From Escherichia phage vB_Eco_ZCEC15, in the sequence record PQ871103.1: DNA of 64,000 bases. One strand, given 5' to 3'. The notes beneath the pieces were generated by a model. It was given only the letters and a program-made list of their open reading frames with translations, was not told where the DNA came from and ran no database searches. The translations under genes were made by a program, and so were the position numbers. This document shows positions 55,834-64,000 of this stretch, in pieces. Position 1 is the stretch's first letter, and each line of letters starts with the position of its first letter.

Positions 55834-57117
55834 ATGGCTAAAATCAACGAACTTCTGCGCGAATCAACCACAACGAATAGCAACTCAATCGGTCGCCCAA
55901 ATCTCGTTGCTTTGACTCGCGCTACCACTAAATTAATATATTCTGACATTGTAGCAACGCAAAGAACTAATCAACCTGTTGCTGCTTTTTATGGTATCAA
56001 ATACCTTAACCCGGATAACGAATTTACATTTAAAACTGGTGCTACTTATGCTGGCGAAGCTGGGTATGTAGACCGAGAACAAATCACAGAATTAACAGAA
56101 GAGTCTAAATTAACTCTCAATAAAGGCGATTTATTCAAATATAATAATATCGTTTATAAAGTATTAGAAGATACACCATTTGCTGATATTGAAGAAAGCG
56201 ATTTAGAATTAGCTCTTCAGATTGCAATTGTTCTTTTAAAGGTTCGTCTATTTTCTGATGCTGCAGTAACAAGCAAATTTGAAAGCTCTGATAGTGAAAT
56301 TGCGGATGCTAGATTCCAGATTAATAAATGGCAAACCGCAGTTAAATCTCGTAAACTTAAAACTGGCATCACAGTCGAATTAGCACAAGATTTAGAAGCA
56401 AATGGATTCGATGCTCCTAATTTCTTGGAAGATTTGCTTGCAACTGAAATGGCGGATGAAATCAATAAAGATATTCTACAGTCTTTGATTACAGTATCAA
56501 AACGCTATAAAGTTACAGGAATTACTGATACTGGATTCATTGATTTGAGTTATGCATCTGCACCTGAAGCTGGTCGTTCATTATACCGAATGGTGTGTGA
56601 AATGGTTTCACATATCCAGAAAGAATCAACTTATACAGCAACGTTCTGTGTTGCTTCAGCTCGTGCCGCTGCGATTCTTGCTGCATCAGGTTGGTTAAAA
56701 CATAAACCAGAAGATGACAAATATCTTTCACAAAATGCCTACGGGTTCTTAGCTAATGGTTTACCGCTTTATTGCGATACCAACAGTCCATTAGATTATG
56801 TAATCGTTGGCGTAGTAGAAAATATTGGTGAAAAAGAAATTGTTGGATCAATTTTCTATGCTCCGTATACAGAAGGTCTTGACTTAGATGACCCTGAACA
56901 TGTAGGTGCATTTAAAGTTGTAGTTGATCCAGAAAGTTTGCAGCCATCTATCGGTTTATTAGTTAGATATGCTTTATCTGCAAATCCTTACACTGTAGCA
57001 AAAGATGAAAAAGAAGCAAGAGTAATTGATGGTGGAGATATGGATAAAATGGCGGGTCGTTCAGATTTGTCTGTTTTATTAGGTGTTAAGCTACCAAAAA
57101 TTATCATTGATGAATAA
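55834..57117 (+). CDS. 24: capsid vertex protein gp24
   Basis: 427 aa; terminator plus late promoter upstream. Confidence 0.97.
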   Translation: MAKINELLRESTTTNSNSIGRPNLVALTRATTKLIYSDIVATQRTNQPVAAFYGIKYLNPDNEFTFKTGATYAGEAGYVDREQITELTEESKLTLNKGDLFKYNNIVYKVLEDTPFADIEESDLELALQIAIVLLKVRLFSDAAVTSKFESSDSEIADARFQINKWQTAVKSRKLKTGITVELAQDLEANGFDAPNFLEDLLATEMADEINKDILQSLITVSKRYKVTGITDTGFIDLSYASAPEAGRSLYRMVCEMVSHIQKESTYTATFCVASARAAAILAASGWLKHKPEDDKYLSQNAYGFLANGLPLYCDTNSPLDYVIVGVVENIGEKEIVGSIFYAPYTEGLDLDDPEHVGAFKVVVDPESLQPSIGLLVRYALSANPYTVAKDEKEARVIDGGDMDKMAGRSDLSVLLGVKLPKIIIDE

Positions 57118-57120
57118 AAC

Positions 57121-57146
57121 AAAGGGACCGAAAGGTCCCTTTTTAT
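57121..57146. terminator. bidirectional terminator between gene 24 and rnlB
   Basis: Hairpin AAAGGGACC-GAAA-GGTCCCTTT flanked by T-run on plus and A-run on plus (U-run on minus); convergent genes. Confidence 0.75.
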
Positions 57147-58151
57147 TTAACTTACCAATTCAATCCAAGCCGGACGAAGTACATCTTGTACCATTTTAAC
57201 TAATTCCTTCTTAATCAAAGAAGGATTATCCGCTTGAGTTAGAGTAATACCTTCACGAGAAGTTTCTTCCAAAATATCTTGAACAGTTAGCCCCATCACC
57301 TTTCCAAAATCTTTTGGACCAATTTCACCAATTTTAGAAATAACGTTATTTACTCGGTTCAGTGTAACGTAACAAGCTAAAATTCCAACCAATTTGTTAT
57401 CAGCTTCTGACAGTTCAACTTTAGCTTTAATAGGCTTATCAGACTTTTTCTTTTCACTAAATTTAGAGTTCTTGCATTTGATAGCTACGCGATTGCCATT
57501 AGGCATCCAAGAAGGATAACAAGGTTTCAATACATATCCTTCAGCGGTAAATACTTCGCCTTTTACTTCAGCATTCCAAACGCATTTATTTGCATCAACT
57601 AATCCAGCATGGTCTACCGTAAAATTATAATCCTGGACGACAGAATCTAAATCATTTGGCAATTTAATAAGTTCTTCAAATTTACCGCGACCTAAAAGTG
57701 GAGCCATTTTAAATTTAAATGTATTACAGAATGATTCCATCATATAATCATCGACATAAGTCACATCACCACTTTCTGTAGTAACAATAATGTCAAATAC
57801 ATAAAAATCTTTATCGCCATAATCGACATTCTTCTGAATGCCAGGTCCGGCAAATTCACCGAAGACTTGATAAGATACAACCGCTGAAGTTTCCATAATA
57901 TCTTGTACTGCTTTAATGGAATCAGCGTAATTCTTCAAAATAATTTCATACCCAAAGAAATCTTCAGCAGGAAGAATAGGACCAGTTCGTTTAGCACAAG
58001 TTACTTTATCACGCTCAATAATCAATGAGAAATTTGTGCCATGAATCTTTTCACGAGCTACCCATTCGCCACCAGTCAATCCTAAACTATAAAGTTTTTC
58101 AATGAATTTAGAATTGTAATGATTTTCAAGACTGCTATACTTTTTAAACAT
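57147..58151 (-). CDS. rnlB: RNA ligase 2
   Basis: 334 aa; [16 protein letters not shown]...[11 protein letters not shown] with ligase KxHG adenylation motif. Confidence 0.95.
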   Translation of the reverse strand: MFKKYSSLENHYNSKFIEKLYSLGLTGGEWVAREKIHGTNFSLIIERDKVTCAKRTGPILPAEDFFGYEIILKNYADSIKAVQDIMETSAVVSYQVFGEFAGPGIQKNVDYGDKDFYVFDIIVTTESGDVTYVDDYMMESFCNTFKFKMAPLLGRGKFEELIKLPNDLDSVVQDYNFTVDHAGLVDANKCVWNAEVKGEVFTAEGYVLKPCYPSWMPNGNRVAIKCKNSKFSEKKKSDKPIKAKVELSEADNKLVGILACYVTLNRVNNVISKIGEIGPKDFGKVMGLTVQDILEETSREGITLTQADNPSLIKKELVKMVQDVLRPAWIELVS

Positions 58152-58160
58152 AATTAATCC

Positions 58161-58439
58161 TCAAAATGTAATTTCTAACCAATCACCATCACGCTGATCA
58201 CTATTGACTTTAAAGCTAAACCCTTCTTTTCTCAGCCAATCACCAATTTCTTCAGTAATCAATTTATCGCGAGCAGTACAATAATAACTAAAATATGTTT
58301 TACCTTGTTCAGCTGCTTTATTAGCAAGTTCCGAAAAATCTTTAATAAAACACTCTAACTTAAACTGTTTACTTTTAAGTGCTTTTTCACGTAATTGATT
58401 AGCAAAAGATTCATTTTCATAAAGATCATACTGTTCCAT
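58161..58439 (-). CDS. hypothetical protein (92 aa), 24.2 position
   Basis: ORF between rnlB and hoc. Confidence 0.6.
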   Translation of the reverse strand: MEQYDLYENESFANQLREKALKSKQFKLECFIKDFSELANKAAEQGKTYFSYYCTARDKLITEEIGDWLRKEGFSFKVNSDQRDGDWLEITF

Positions 58440-58442
58440 TTT

Positions 58443-58640
58443 TCACCTTTTATTAATATGTCTTTTTCTATAGACAACTTTTTCTCGAGTTTCAAATTTA
58501 TTCTTAGCAGTCATAGCTCGAGCCCATAATACAGCCACTTCTTTCGCCTGTAAGTTTAATTCACGAGCAATTTCAATGAATGACTTTCCAGACTCATGAA
58601 GAGTAAACACCACAACCTCAGTTCTCATAATCAATCTCAT
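58443..58640 (-). CDS. hypothetical protein (65 aa), 24.3 position
   Basis: ORF between rnlB and hoc. Confidence 0.55.
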   Translation of the reverse strand: MRLIMRTEVVVFTLHESGKSFIEIARELNLQAKEVAVLWARAMTAKNKFETREKVVYRKRHINKR

Positions 58641-58699
58641 GTTATCGAGTTGATGCCATTATATACATCATTTTCTGAGTATGTTTTGTGTGCTTTCAA

Positions 58700-58726
58700 A
58701 ATGAAGAAAGGGGCCGAAGCCCCTTA
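58700..58726 (-). terminator. rho-independent terminator after hoc
   Basis: Hairpin AAGGGGC-TTCG-GCCCCTT followed by UUUCUUCAUUUU on minus strand. Confidence 0.65.
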
Positions 58727-58735
58727 TGATTATGA

Positions 58736-59872
58736 TTATGGATAGGTATAGATGATACCAGTTTCTAAAGCAGTTTTATGAATGATGTATCCATTACGTG
58801 ATTCTTGAACATCAACTTCTGGATAGTCTTTCATCATCTTTTGAAGAGTGTAACGATGCAGATAGTATTTACTGTCTGGATCTTCAGTTTTCCAATCTTT
58901 ACCTTCTTCGGTCATTTTTTGGATTTCATCCATAACCCACCAACCGCACCAGATATAAGCTGAAGTACGATGTGGAAGAGGATGAACATAAGGCAATTCA
59001 CCTTCTGGTTCCGGAGCAACTTTATCAGTTACCTGAACTTGGCCTGTTGCTTTAACTGTTTTACTATCATAGTCGGTTGCTGTAACGACAGCAGTAACTT
59101 CAATAGTTTGACTTCCAATAGATGAGGTGTCAACGGTGTATACGTTAGTTGACCCTTCTACAAGAGAAGAATCTTTCTTCCATGAATAAGTAATTTGTGC
59201 TGCTTCAGGTGCTCCAGTAACATTAGCCGTAAATGTAGCCGAAGCATCTTGCTGAACGTTAATAGAAGGAGGAGTCAATGTAACCTGTGGATTCATTGTC
59301 TTCTTATTAACTGTCAATGATACTTCATTAGAAGTAACTTCCTTTTCATTGTAATTTTCAGCCGTTACTTGGGCTACACACTTAACTGTTTTAGCTCCAA
59401 CTGTGGTAGGAGTATAGTTAAATGTAGCAGAAGTCGCTTCACCAATTTGAGAATCATCTACATACCACTGATACGTAGCGTTTGCACCTGATGGCTGTGA
59501 AGCTAAGGCAGCGGTAAATTCAATTGGAGTTCCAATCACTCCAGCATCAGGGCTACCAGGAGTTACAGCTAAAGTAGTTGTTTGTGTCTTATTTTGAACT
59601 GTGATAGTTGTCGTAGTTTCTGCTGTTTCAGGTTCAGCTTCAGATTCTGGAACTGTATTTGTTGCAACTACTTTAATAGTCTTTTGACCTGCAGGTCCTT
59701 TTAGTACATAGCTAAAAGTTGCTTCAGCTCCATCCTGTGGAACATTATCTACACTCCAAGCATAGGTAATAGTTCCACCTTCAGTTTGACCACTGGGTGT
59801 AGCAGTAAACTGCTTGGTTTCATCAATAACTCCTGTTGGGGTTTTAGGAGTTATATCAACTGTAAAAGTCAT
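58736..59872 (-). CDS. hoc: highly immunogenic outer capsid protein Hoc
   Basis: 378 aa; MTFTVDITPKTPTGVIDETKQF start, repeated Ig-like domains, C-terminal capsid-binding ...YVHPLPHRTSAYIWCGWW. Confidence 0.95.
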   Translation of the reverse strand: MTFTVDITPKTPTGVIDETKQFTATPSGQTEGGTITYAWSVDNVPQDGAEATFSYVLKGPAGQKTIKVVATNTVPESEAEPETAETTTTITVQNKTQTTTLAVTPGSPDAGVIGTPIEFTAALASQPSGANATYQWYVDDSQIGEATSATFNYTPTTVGAKTVKCVAQVTAENYNEKEVTSNEVSLTVNKKTMNPQVTLTPPSINVQQDASATFTANVTGAPEAAQITYSWKKDSSLVEGSTNVYTVDTSSIGSQTIEVTAVVTATDYDSKTVKATGQVQVTDKVAPEPEGELPYVHPLPHRTSAYIWCGWWVMDEIQKMTEEGKDWKTEDPDSKYYLHRYTLQKMMKDYPEVDVQESRNGYIIHKTALETGIIYTYP

Positions 59873-59881
59873 AAGTTATCC

Positions 59882-60562
59882 TTATTTTAATGTTACGAAA
59901 GAAGAATTGCGTGTTTCACGAATTAGAACTGATCCGTCACGATTAATGTAGTAAATTAAGCTAAATAAAGTTTGATGCGCAGACGCATGTTCAAAACTGG
60001 TTGGGCGAGATTTCCAATCTGGAGTTTCAGCAATCCATTGGTAAATCCACCAAGGAACAGTGCAGAATCCTGGATTTTTTCCAATCAGCTGAAGATTCGG
60101 ACTAAAGTTTTCCGGAAGAGTAAATACAGACGGCTTTTCAGATTCAATAATCTCAGATACAGCCTGTTCAAATTTTTCTTCAACAAAAGGAGTATCTTCA
60201 ATCAAAACATCGGTATTTTCAGGAATTTTATCCGTTTCTACTACTTCAATTTTAATGTCAGATTTAACCGGAGAATCAATCAGAAGTGCTGCTTCTGGAT
60301 TGACTTCTTCATCGTCATATTTTAATCCCTCTGCAGCATCAGCAGCATCAATTAAGTCTTTAATAGATAACCCATCAGTCTCCGGCATAGGTTCACTAGC
60401 GAGCTTCTGGAGGGCTTCTTCAATATCAACAACGATATTATCAAAAGATTTATTCTTTTTGACCTTTATACCAAACTGTTCAGCGTATTCAGCTAATTTA
60501 GCTTTAGCTTCTTTATTATCATCAAGAGCCTTCAGCTCTGCAATATAATCTTTATCTATCAT
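59882..60562 (-). CDS. inh: inhibitor of prohead protease
   Basis: 226 aa; position between hoc and segE as in T4. Confidence 0.85.
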   Translation of the reverse strand: MIDKDYIAELKALDDNKEAKAKLAEYAEQFGIKVKKNKSFDNIVVDIEEALQKLASEPMPETDGLSIKDLIDAADAAEGLKYDDEEVNPEAALLIDSPVKSDIKIEVVETDKIPENTDVLIEDTPFVEEKFEQAVSEIIESEKPSVFTLPENFSPNLQLIGKNPGFCTVPWWIYQWIAETPDWKSRPTSFEHASAHQTLFSLIYYINRDGSVLIRETRNSSFVTLK

Positions 60563-60575
60563 AATATTTCCTCAG

Positions 60576-60583
60576 TATAAATA
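60576..60583 (+). promoter_or_regulatory. late promoter (segE/uvsW)
   Basis: TATAAATA ~30 nt upstream of segE-like gene. Confidence 0.5.
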
Positions 60584-60611
60584 TAGATATATTTATTACT
60601 CGGAAAATAGT

Positions 60612-61229
60612 ATGTACCACTTTGTATATGAAACAACAAATCTAATAAATGGTAAAAAGTATATAGGAAAACACTCTACTGATGACTTGAATGATGGTTA
60701 CCTTGGTTCCGGTAAGGCAATTCAGCAGGCTATAAAGAAATATGGTGAAAACAATTTCTCTAGAACAATACTAAAAGAGTTTAAAACTTCCGAAGAAGCG
60801 TACATGTATGAAGAAGAAATTATAACTCCTGAACTAATAAAAAGCAAAAATTATTATAATATGAAACCTGGTGGAATTGGTGGAATTGTTATGACTACAG
60901 AGGTTATAGCAAAGATGAAAGAATCTTCCGCTAAAAGATTTGAAAACTCACCAGGCACGGTATTAGGTAAAACTTGTTACACTAATGGAACTAAAAATAT
61001 TTTTATTAAACCTGGAGAACTTGTTCCAGAAGGATTTGTAAAAGGGATGGTTCATCCTAATAGAAAGTCCAGAAAAGGATGTAAAGTCAAACCGACTACC
61101 ACAGGAACTTTTTGGGTCAATAATGGCGCAATAAATAAATTAATACAACCAGACGGTATTATTCCCGACGGATTTATTAAAGGTCGTCTCATGAAAAGAG
61201 ATTCTAAAGGCAAATTTAGTAAGGCATAA
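60612..61229 (+). CDS. segE: GIY-YIG homing endonuclease (segE-like)
   Basis: 205 aa; N-terminal FVYETTNLINGKKYIGKHS...GYLGSG GIY-YIG motif; position of T4 segE. Confidence 0.75.
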   Translation: MYHFVYETTNLINGKKYIGKHSTDDLNDGYLGSGKAIQQAIKKYGENNFSRTILKEFKTSEEAYMYEEEIITPELIKSKNYYNMKPGGIGGIVMTTEVIAKMKESSAKRFENSPGTVLGKTCYTNGTKNIFIKPGELVPEGFVKGMVHPNRKSRKGCKVKPTTTGTFWVNNGAINKLIQPDGIIPDGFIKGRLMKRDSKGKFSKA

Positions 61230-61231
61230 TT

Positions 61232-62740
61232 ATGGATATTAAAGTACATTTTCACGACTTCAGTCATGTACGCATCGATTGTGAAGAGAGCACGTTCCAC
61301 GAATTAAGAGATTTCTTTTCGTTTGAAGCTGATGGGTATAGATTTAACCCTCGCTTCAGATATGGCAACTGGGATGGACGAATCCGTCTTTTAGATTATA
61401 ATCGACTTCTTCCATTCGGCTTAGTCGGGCAAATTAAAAAGTTCTGTGATAACTTTGGCTATAAAGCCTGGATTGATCCACAAATTAACGAAAAAGAAGA
61501 ATTATCAAGAAAAGATTTTGATGAATGGCTTTCTAAATTAGAAATCTATTCAGGAAATAAAAGAATTGAACCACACTGGTATCAAAAAGATGCAGTGTTC
61601 GAAGGATTAGTTAATCGTCGTAGAATTCTTAATCTTCCAACATCCGCAGGTAAATCTTTAATTCAAGCTTTGCTTGCTCGGTATTATTTGGAAAATTATG
61701 AAGGTAAAATTCTTATCATTGTTCCAACAACTGCTCTGACAACTCAGATGGCTGATGACTTTGTTGACTATCGTTTATTCAGTCATGCAATGATAAAGAA
61801 AATCGGCGGTGGAGCATCAAAAGATGATAAATATAAAAATGATGCACCGGTCGTTGTTGGTACATGGCAAACTGTAGTAAAACAACCAAAAGAATGGTTC
61901 TCACAGTTTGGAATGATGATGAATGATGAATGCCATCTTGCTACAGGAAAAAGTATTTCATCTATCATATCAGGTTTAAATAACTGTATGTTTAAATTTG
62001 GTTTGTCTGGTTCATTGCGCGATGGCAAAGCCAATATCATGCAGTATGTTGGAATGTTTGGTGAAATATTTAAGCCAGTAACGACTTCTAAATTAATGGA
62101 AGATGGACAAGTAACTGAGTTAAAAATTAATAGTATTTTTCTTCGCTATCCCGATGAGTTCACTACTAAATTAAAGGGAAAAACTTACCAAGAAGAAATA
62201 AAAATTATTACTGGGCTCAGTAAAAGAAATAAATGGATCGCTAAATTAGCTATTAAGCTTGCGCAAAAAGATGAAAACGCTTTTGTCATGTTTAAACACG
62301 TATCACATGGTAAAGCTATTTTCGATTTAATTAAAAATGAATACGATAAAGTTTATTACGTATCAGGGGAAGTTGATACCGAAACCCGCAATGTAATGAA
62401 AACCTTAGCTGAAAATGGTAAAGGAATAATTATAGTAGCTAGTTATGGTGTATTTTCTACTGGTATTTCAGTTAAAAATCTACATCACGTTGTTTTAGCG
62501 CACGGTGTTAAATCAAAAATCATTGTATTACAAACAATCGGTCGTGTATTACGTAAGCATGGTTCTAAGACAATAGCAACAGTCTGGGACCTCATAGATG
62601 ATTGCGGTGTTAAGCCAAAATCTGCTAATACGAAAAAGAAATACGTTCATTTGAACTATCTTTTAAAACACGGCATTGATCGTATTCAGCGCTACGCAGA
62701 TGAAAAATTTAATTACGTAATGAAAACAGTTAATTTATAA
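61232..62740 (+). CDS. uvsW: UvsW helicase
   Basis: 502 aa; MDIKVHFHDFSHVRIDCEE start; helicase motifs LNLPTSAGKS (I) and MMMNDECH (II). Confidence 0.95.
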   Translation: MDIKVHFHDFSHVRIDCEESTFHELRDFFSFEADGYRFNPRFRYGNWDGRIRLLDYNRLLPFGLVGQIKKFCDNFGYKAWIDPQINEKEELSRKDFDEWLSKLEIYSGNKRIEPHWYQKDAVFEGLVNRRRILNLPTSAGKSLIQALLARYYLENYEGKILIIVPTTALTTQMADDFVDYRLFSHAMIKKIGGGASKDDKYKNDAPVVVGTWQTVVKQPKEWFSQFGMMMNDECHLATGKSISSIISGLNNCMFKFGLSGSLRDGKANIMQYVGMFGEIFKPVTTSKLMEDGQVTELKINSIFLRYPDEFTTKLKGKTYQEEIKIITGLSKRNKWIAKLAIKLAQKDENAFVMFKHVSHGKAIFDLIKNEYDKVYYVSGEVDTETRNVMKTLAENGKGIIIVASYGVFSTGISVKNLHHVVLAHGVKSKIIVLQTIGRVLRKHGSKTIATVWDLIDDCGVKPKSANTKKKYVHLNYLLKHGIDRIQRYADEKFNYVMKTVNL

Positions 62741-62765
62741 GGGCTTCGGCCCTTTGGAGAAAAAG

Positions 62766-62996
62766 ATGTTACTAGAATTTAAACAATTTCTTTATGAAGC
62801 TTCTATTGATGAATTTATGGGTAAAATTGCCTCTTGTCAAACAATAGAAGGTCTAGAAGAACTTGAAGCTTATTATAAGAAAAGAGTTAAAGAAACTGAA
62901 TTAAAAGATACTGATGACATCTCTGTGAGAGATGCTTTGGCAGGAAAAAGAGCTGAATTAGAAGATTCAGACGATGAAGTAGAAGAAAGCTTTTAA
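62766..62996 (+). CDS. uvsW.1: UvsW.1 small acidic protein
   Basis: 76 aa from ATG 62766 after GGAG (track start 62754 is TTG). Confidence 0.75.
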   Translation: MLLEFKQFLYEASIDEFMGKIASCQTIEGLEELEAYYKKRVKETELKDTDDISVRDALAGKRAELEDSDDEVEESF

Positions 62997-63051
62997 ATTA
63001 AAAAAGGCCCAACCAAAAAGGAAGGGCCAAAACTATAGACTAAAGGTCACA

Positions 63052-63219
63052 CTATAGCAAAAGTTGTGTTTCATTTAATTGTTCTTCCGAACTTTCTGAA
63101 ACTGGTAGTTCTTTAATGTAATTATAACAAGGCCCAGGATGTACAGGACCTTTGTCTGTTTCAACAACCAATGCAGAATCGATTGGAGTTTTACAGACAA
63201 CGCAAATCTTATCTGACAT
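63052..63219 (-). CDS. small Cys-containing protein (55 aa), uvsY.-2 position
   Basis: Unlisted ORF MSDKICVVCKTP...PGPCYNY with two Cys pairs. Confidence 0.4.
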   Translation of the reverse strand: MSDKICVVCKTPIDSALVVETDKGPVHPGPCYNYIKELPVSESSEEQLNETQLLL

Positions 63220-63247
63220 GATTGTCTCCTCTAAATTATATATCTAT

Positions 63248-63472
63248 TTATATAACTCTCATATGCATATCAATGCCCATATCTTTAGAATAAAAATATT
63301 CATCAAGATATCCGGCAAATTTTCCTTTAACATAAAGTACATCTTCACCACATGGATGGTCGGCCAGGATACGAATATCCTGACGCTTGAGATTATACTT
63401 TTTCATTAAGAATTGAATTTCCGTTTCGAATTCTTCTTCATAATTAAAAGCATCATCAATGCTATATTTCAT
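63248..63472 (-). CDS. hypothetical protein (74 aa), uvsY.-1 position
   Basis: ORF immediately downstream of uvsY, stop/start overlap. Confidence 0.6.
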   Translation of the reverse strand: MKYSIDDAFNYEEEFETEIQFLMKKYNLKRQDIRILADHPCGEDVLYVKGKFAGYLDEYFYSKDMGIDMHMRVI

Positions 63473-63885
63473 TATTTTCCAGCCTCAAATGCTCGCATGT
63501 CTTGAATATGCTTAATAGCAAATCCGCGTGATTTAATAGCATCAAGAGCTCCGCTACAGAAATCCAATAAAATTCCCCAATACTGCAATGAAGTATCAAC
63601 TTTTAAAACATCCTTATCAGCTGATAGAACTGTCTTCATTTCTGATTTCTCATAACGGTCCATACTAAATTCATCACCATCTCCTCGTCCCGAGTAGTAG
63701 TCTAATTTAGCTTTAAGAGCAACTTTTTTCTGTGCTTCAATTCTAAGCATTTCCTTTTTAATACTTGAATGCTTATTGAGCCATTTACTATATAACATCA
63801 CATTATTAGCTGCTTCATACTGTAATTTAGTCGAATCTATAAACACATCTTTCTTCAATTCTTCTTGAAGATCTTCTAATTTCAT
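63472..63885 (-). CDS. uvsY: recombination mediator UvsY
   Basis: 137 aa; matches T4 UvsY (MKLEDLQEELKKDVFIDSTKLQYEAANNVMLYSKWL). Confidence 0.95.
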   Translation of the reverse strand: MKLEDLQEELKKDVFIDSTKLQYEAANNVMLYSKWLNKHSSIKKEMLRIEAQKKVALKAKLDYYSGRGDGDEFSMDRYEKSEMKTVLSADKDVLKVDTSLQYWGILLDFCSGALDAIKSRGFAIKHIQDMRAFEAGK

Positions 63886-64000
63886 ATTGTTCTCTATTCA
63901 ATTGTTATTGGATGGACTTAGATTCATTATACCACGTTTATACGTGAAGCATTATACTCTGTTACTGGAAGCCAGTTGTAGTTTTATCTGCTCAATATCA

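Noticed and set aside
63152-63409. Plus-strand 85-aa ORF overlapping the uvsY.-1 / uvsY.-2 region
   Set aside because: Opposite-strand ORFs fit the T4-like uvsY operon and have proper overlaps; the plus-strand frame is isoleucine- and phenylalanine-rich antisense noise.

Overview
This window is a T4-like (Tevenvirinae) myovirus genome segment, read from the sequence and the ORF track only; no homology search was run, and gene names rest on my recollection of phage T4 proteins, lengths and gene order. Bases 1-26522 are a minus-strand early region: rI/rI.-1, tk, a macro-domain protein, regB, a GrcA-like glycyl-radical protein, denV, lysozyme e, nudE, an eight-tRNA cluster split by the segB homing endonuclease, three internal-protein genes, 57B/57A and genes 1, 3, 2, 4. 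Bases 26570-57117 are the plus-strand late structural module (genes 53, 5, 5.1, 5.4, 6-12, wac, 13-24), followed by rnlB, hoc and inh on the minus strand, a segE-like endonuclease, uvsW and uvsY. Sequence-visible regulation includes at least ten T4-type early promoters embedded in stem-loops, eleven TATAAATA late promoters and several hairpin terminators. The best candidate for an undescribed system is a translationally coupled four-gene early operon (2368-5341) encoding a membrane protein, a Pol-beta-fold nucleotidyltransferase, a small DUF4031-like protein and an AAA+ ATPase. Other candidates are a TARG1-like macro-domain gene, an internal-protein cassette flanked by duplicated terminators, an HNH endonuclease inserted between genes 18 and 19, and a frameshifted coiled-coil gene. 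Starts marked as adjusted were moved from TTG/GTG track starts to an ATG with a better ribosome-binding site.
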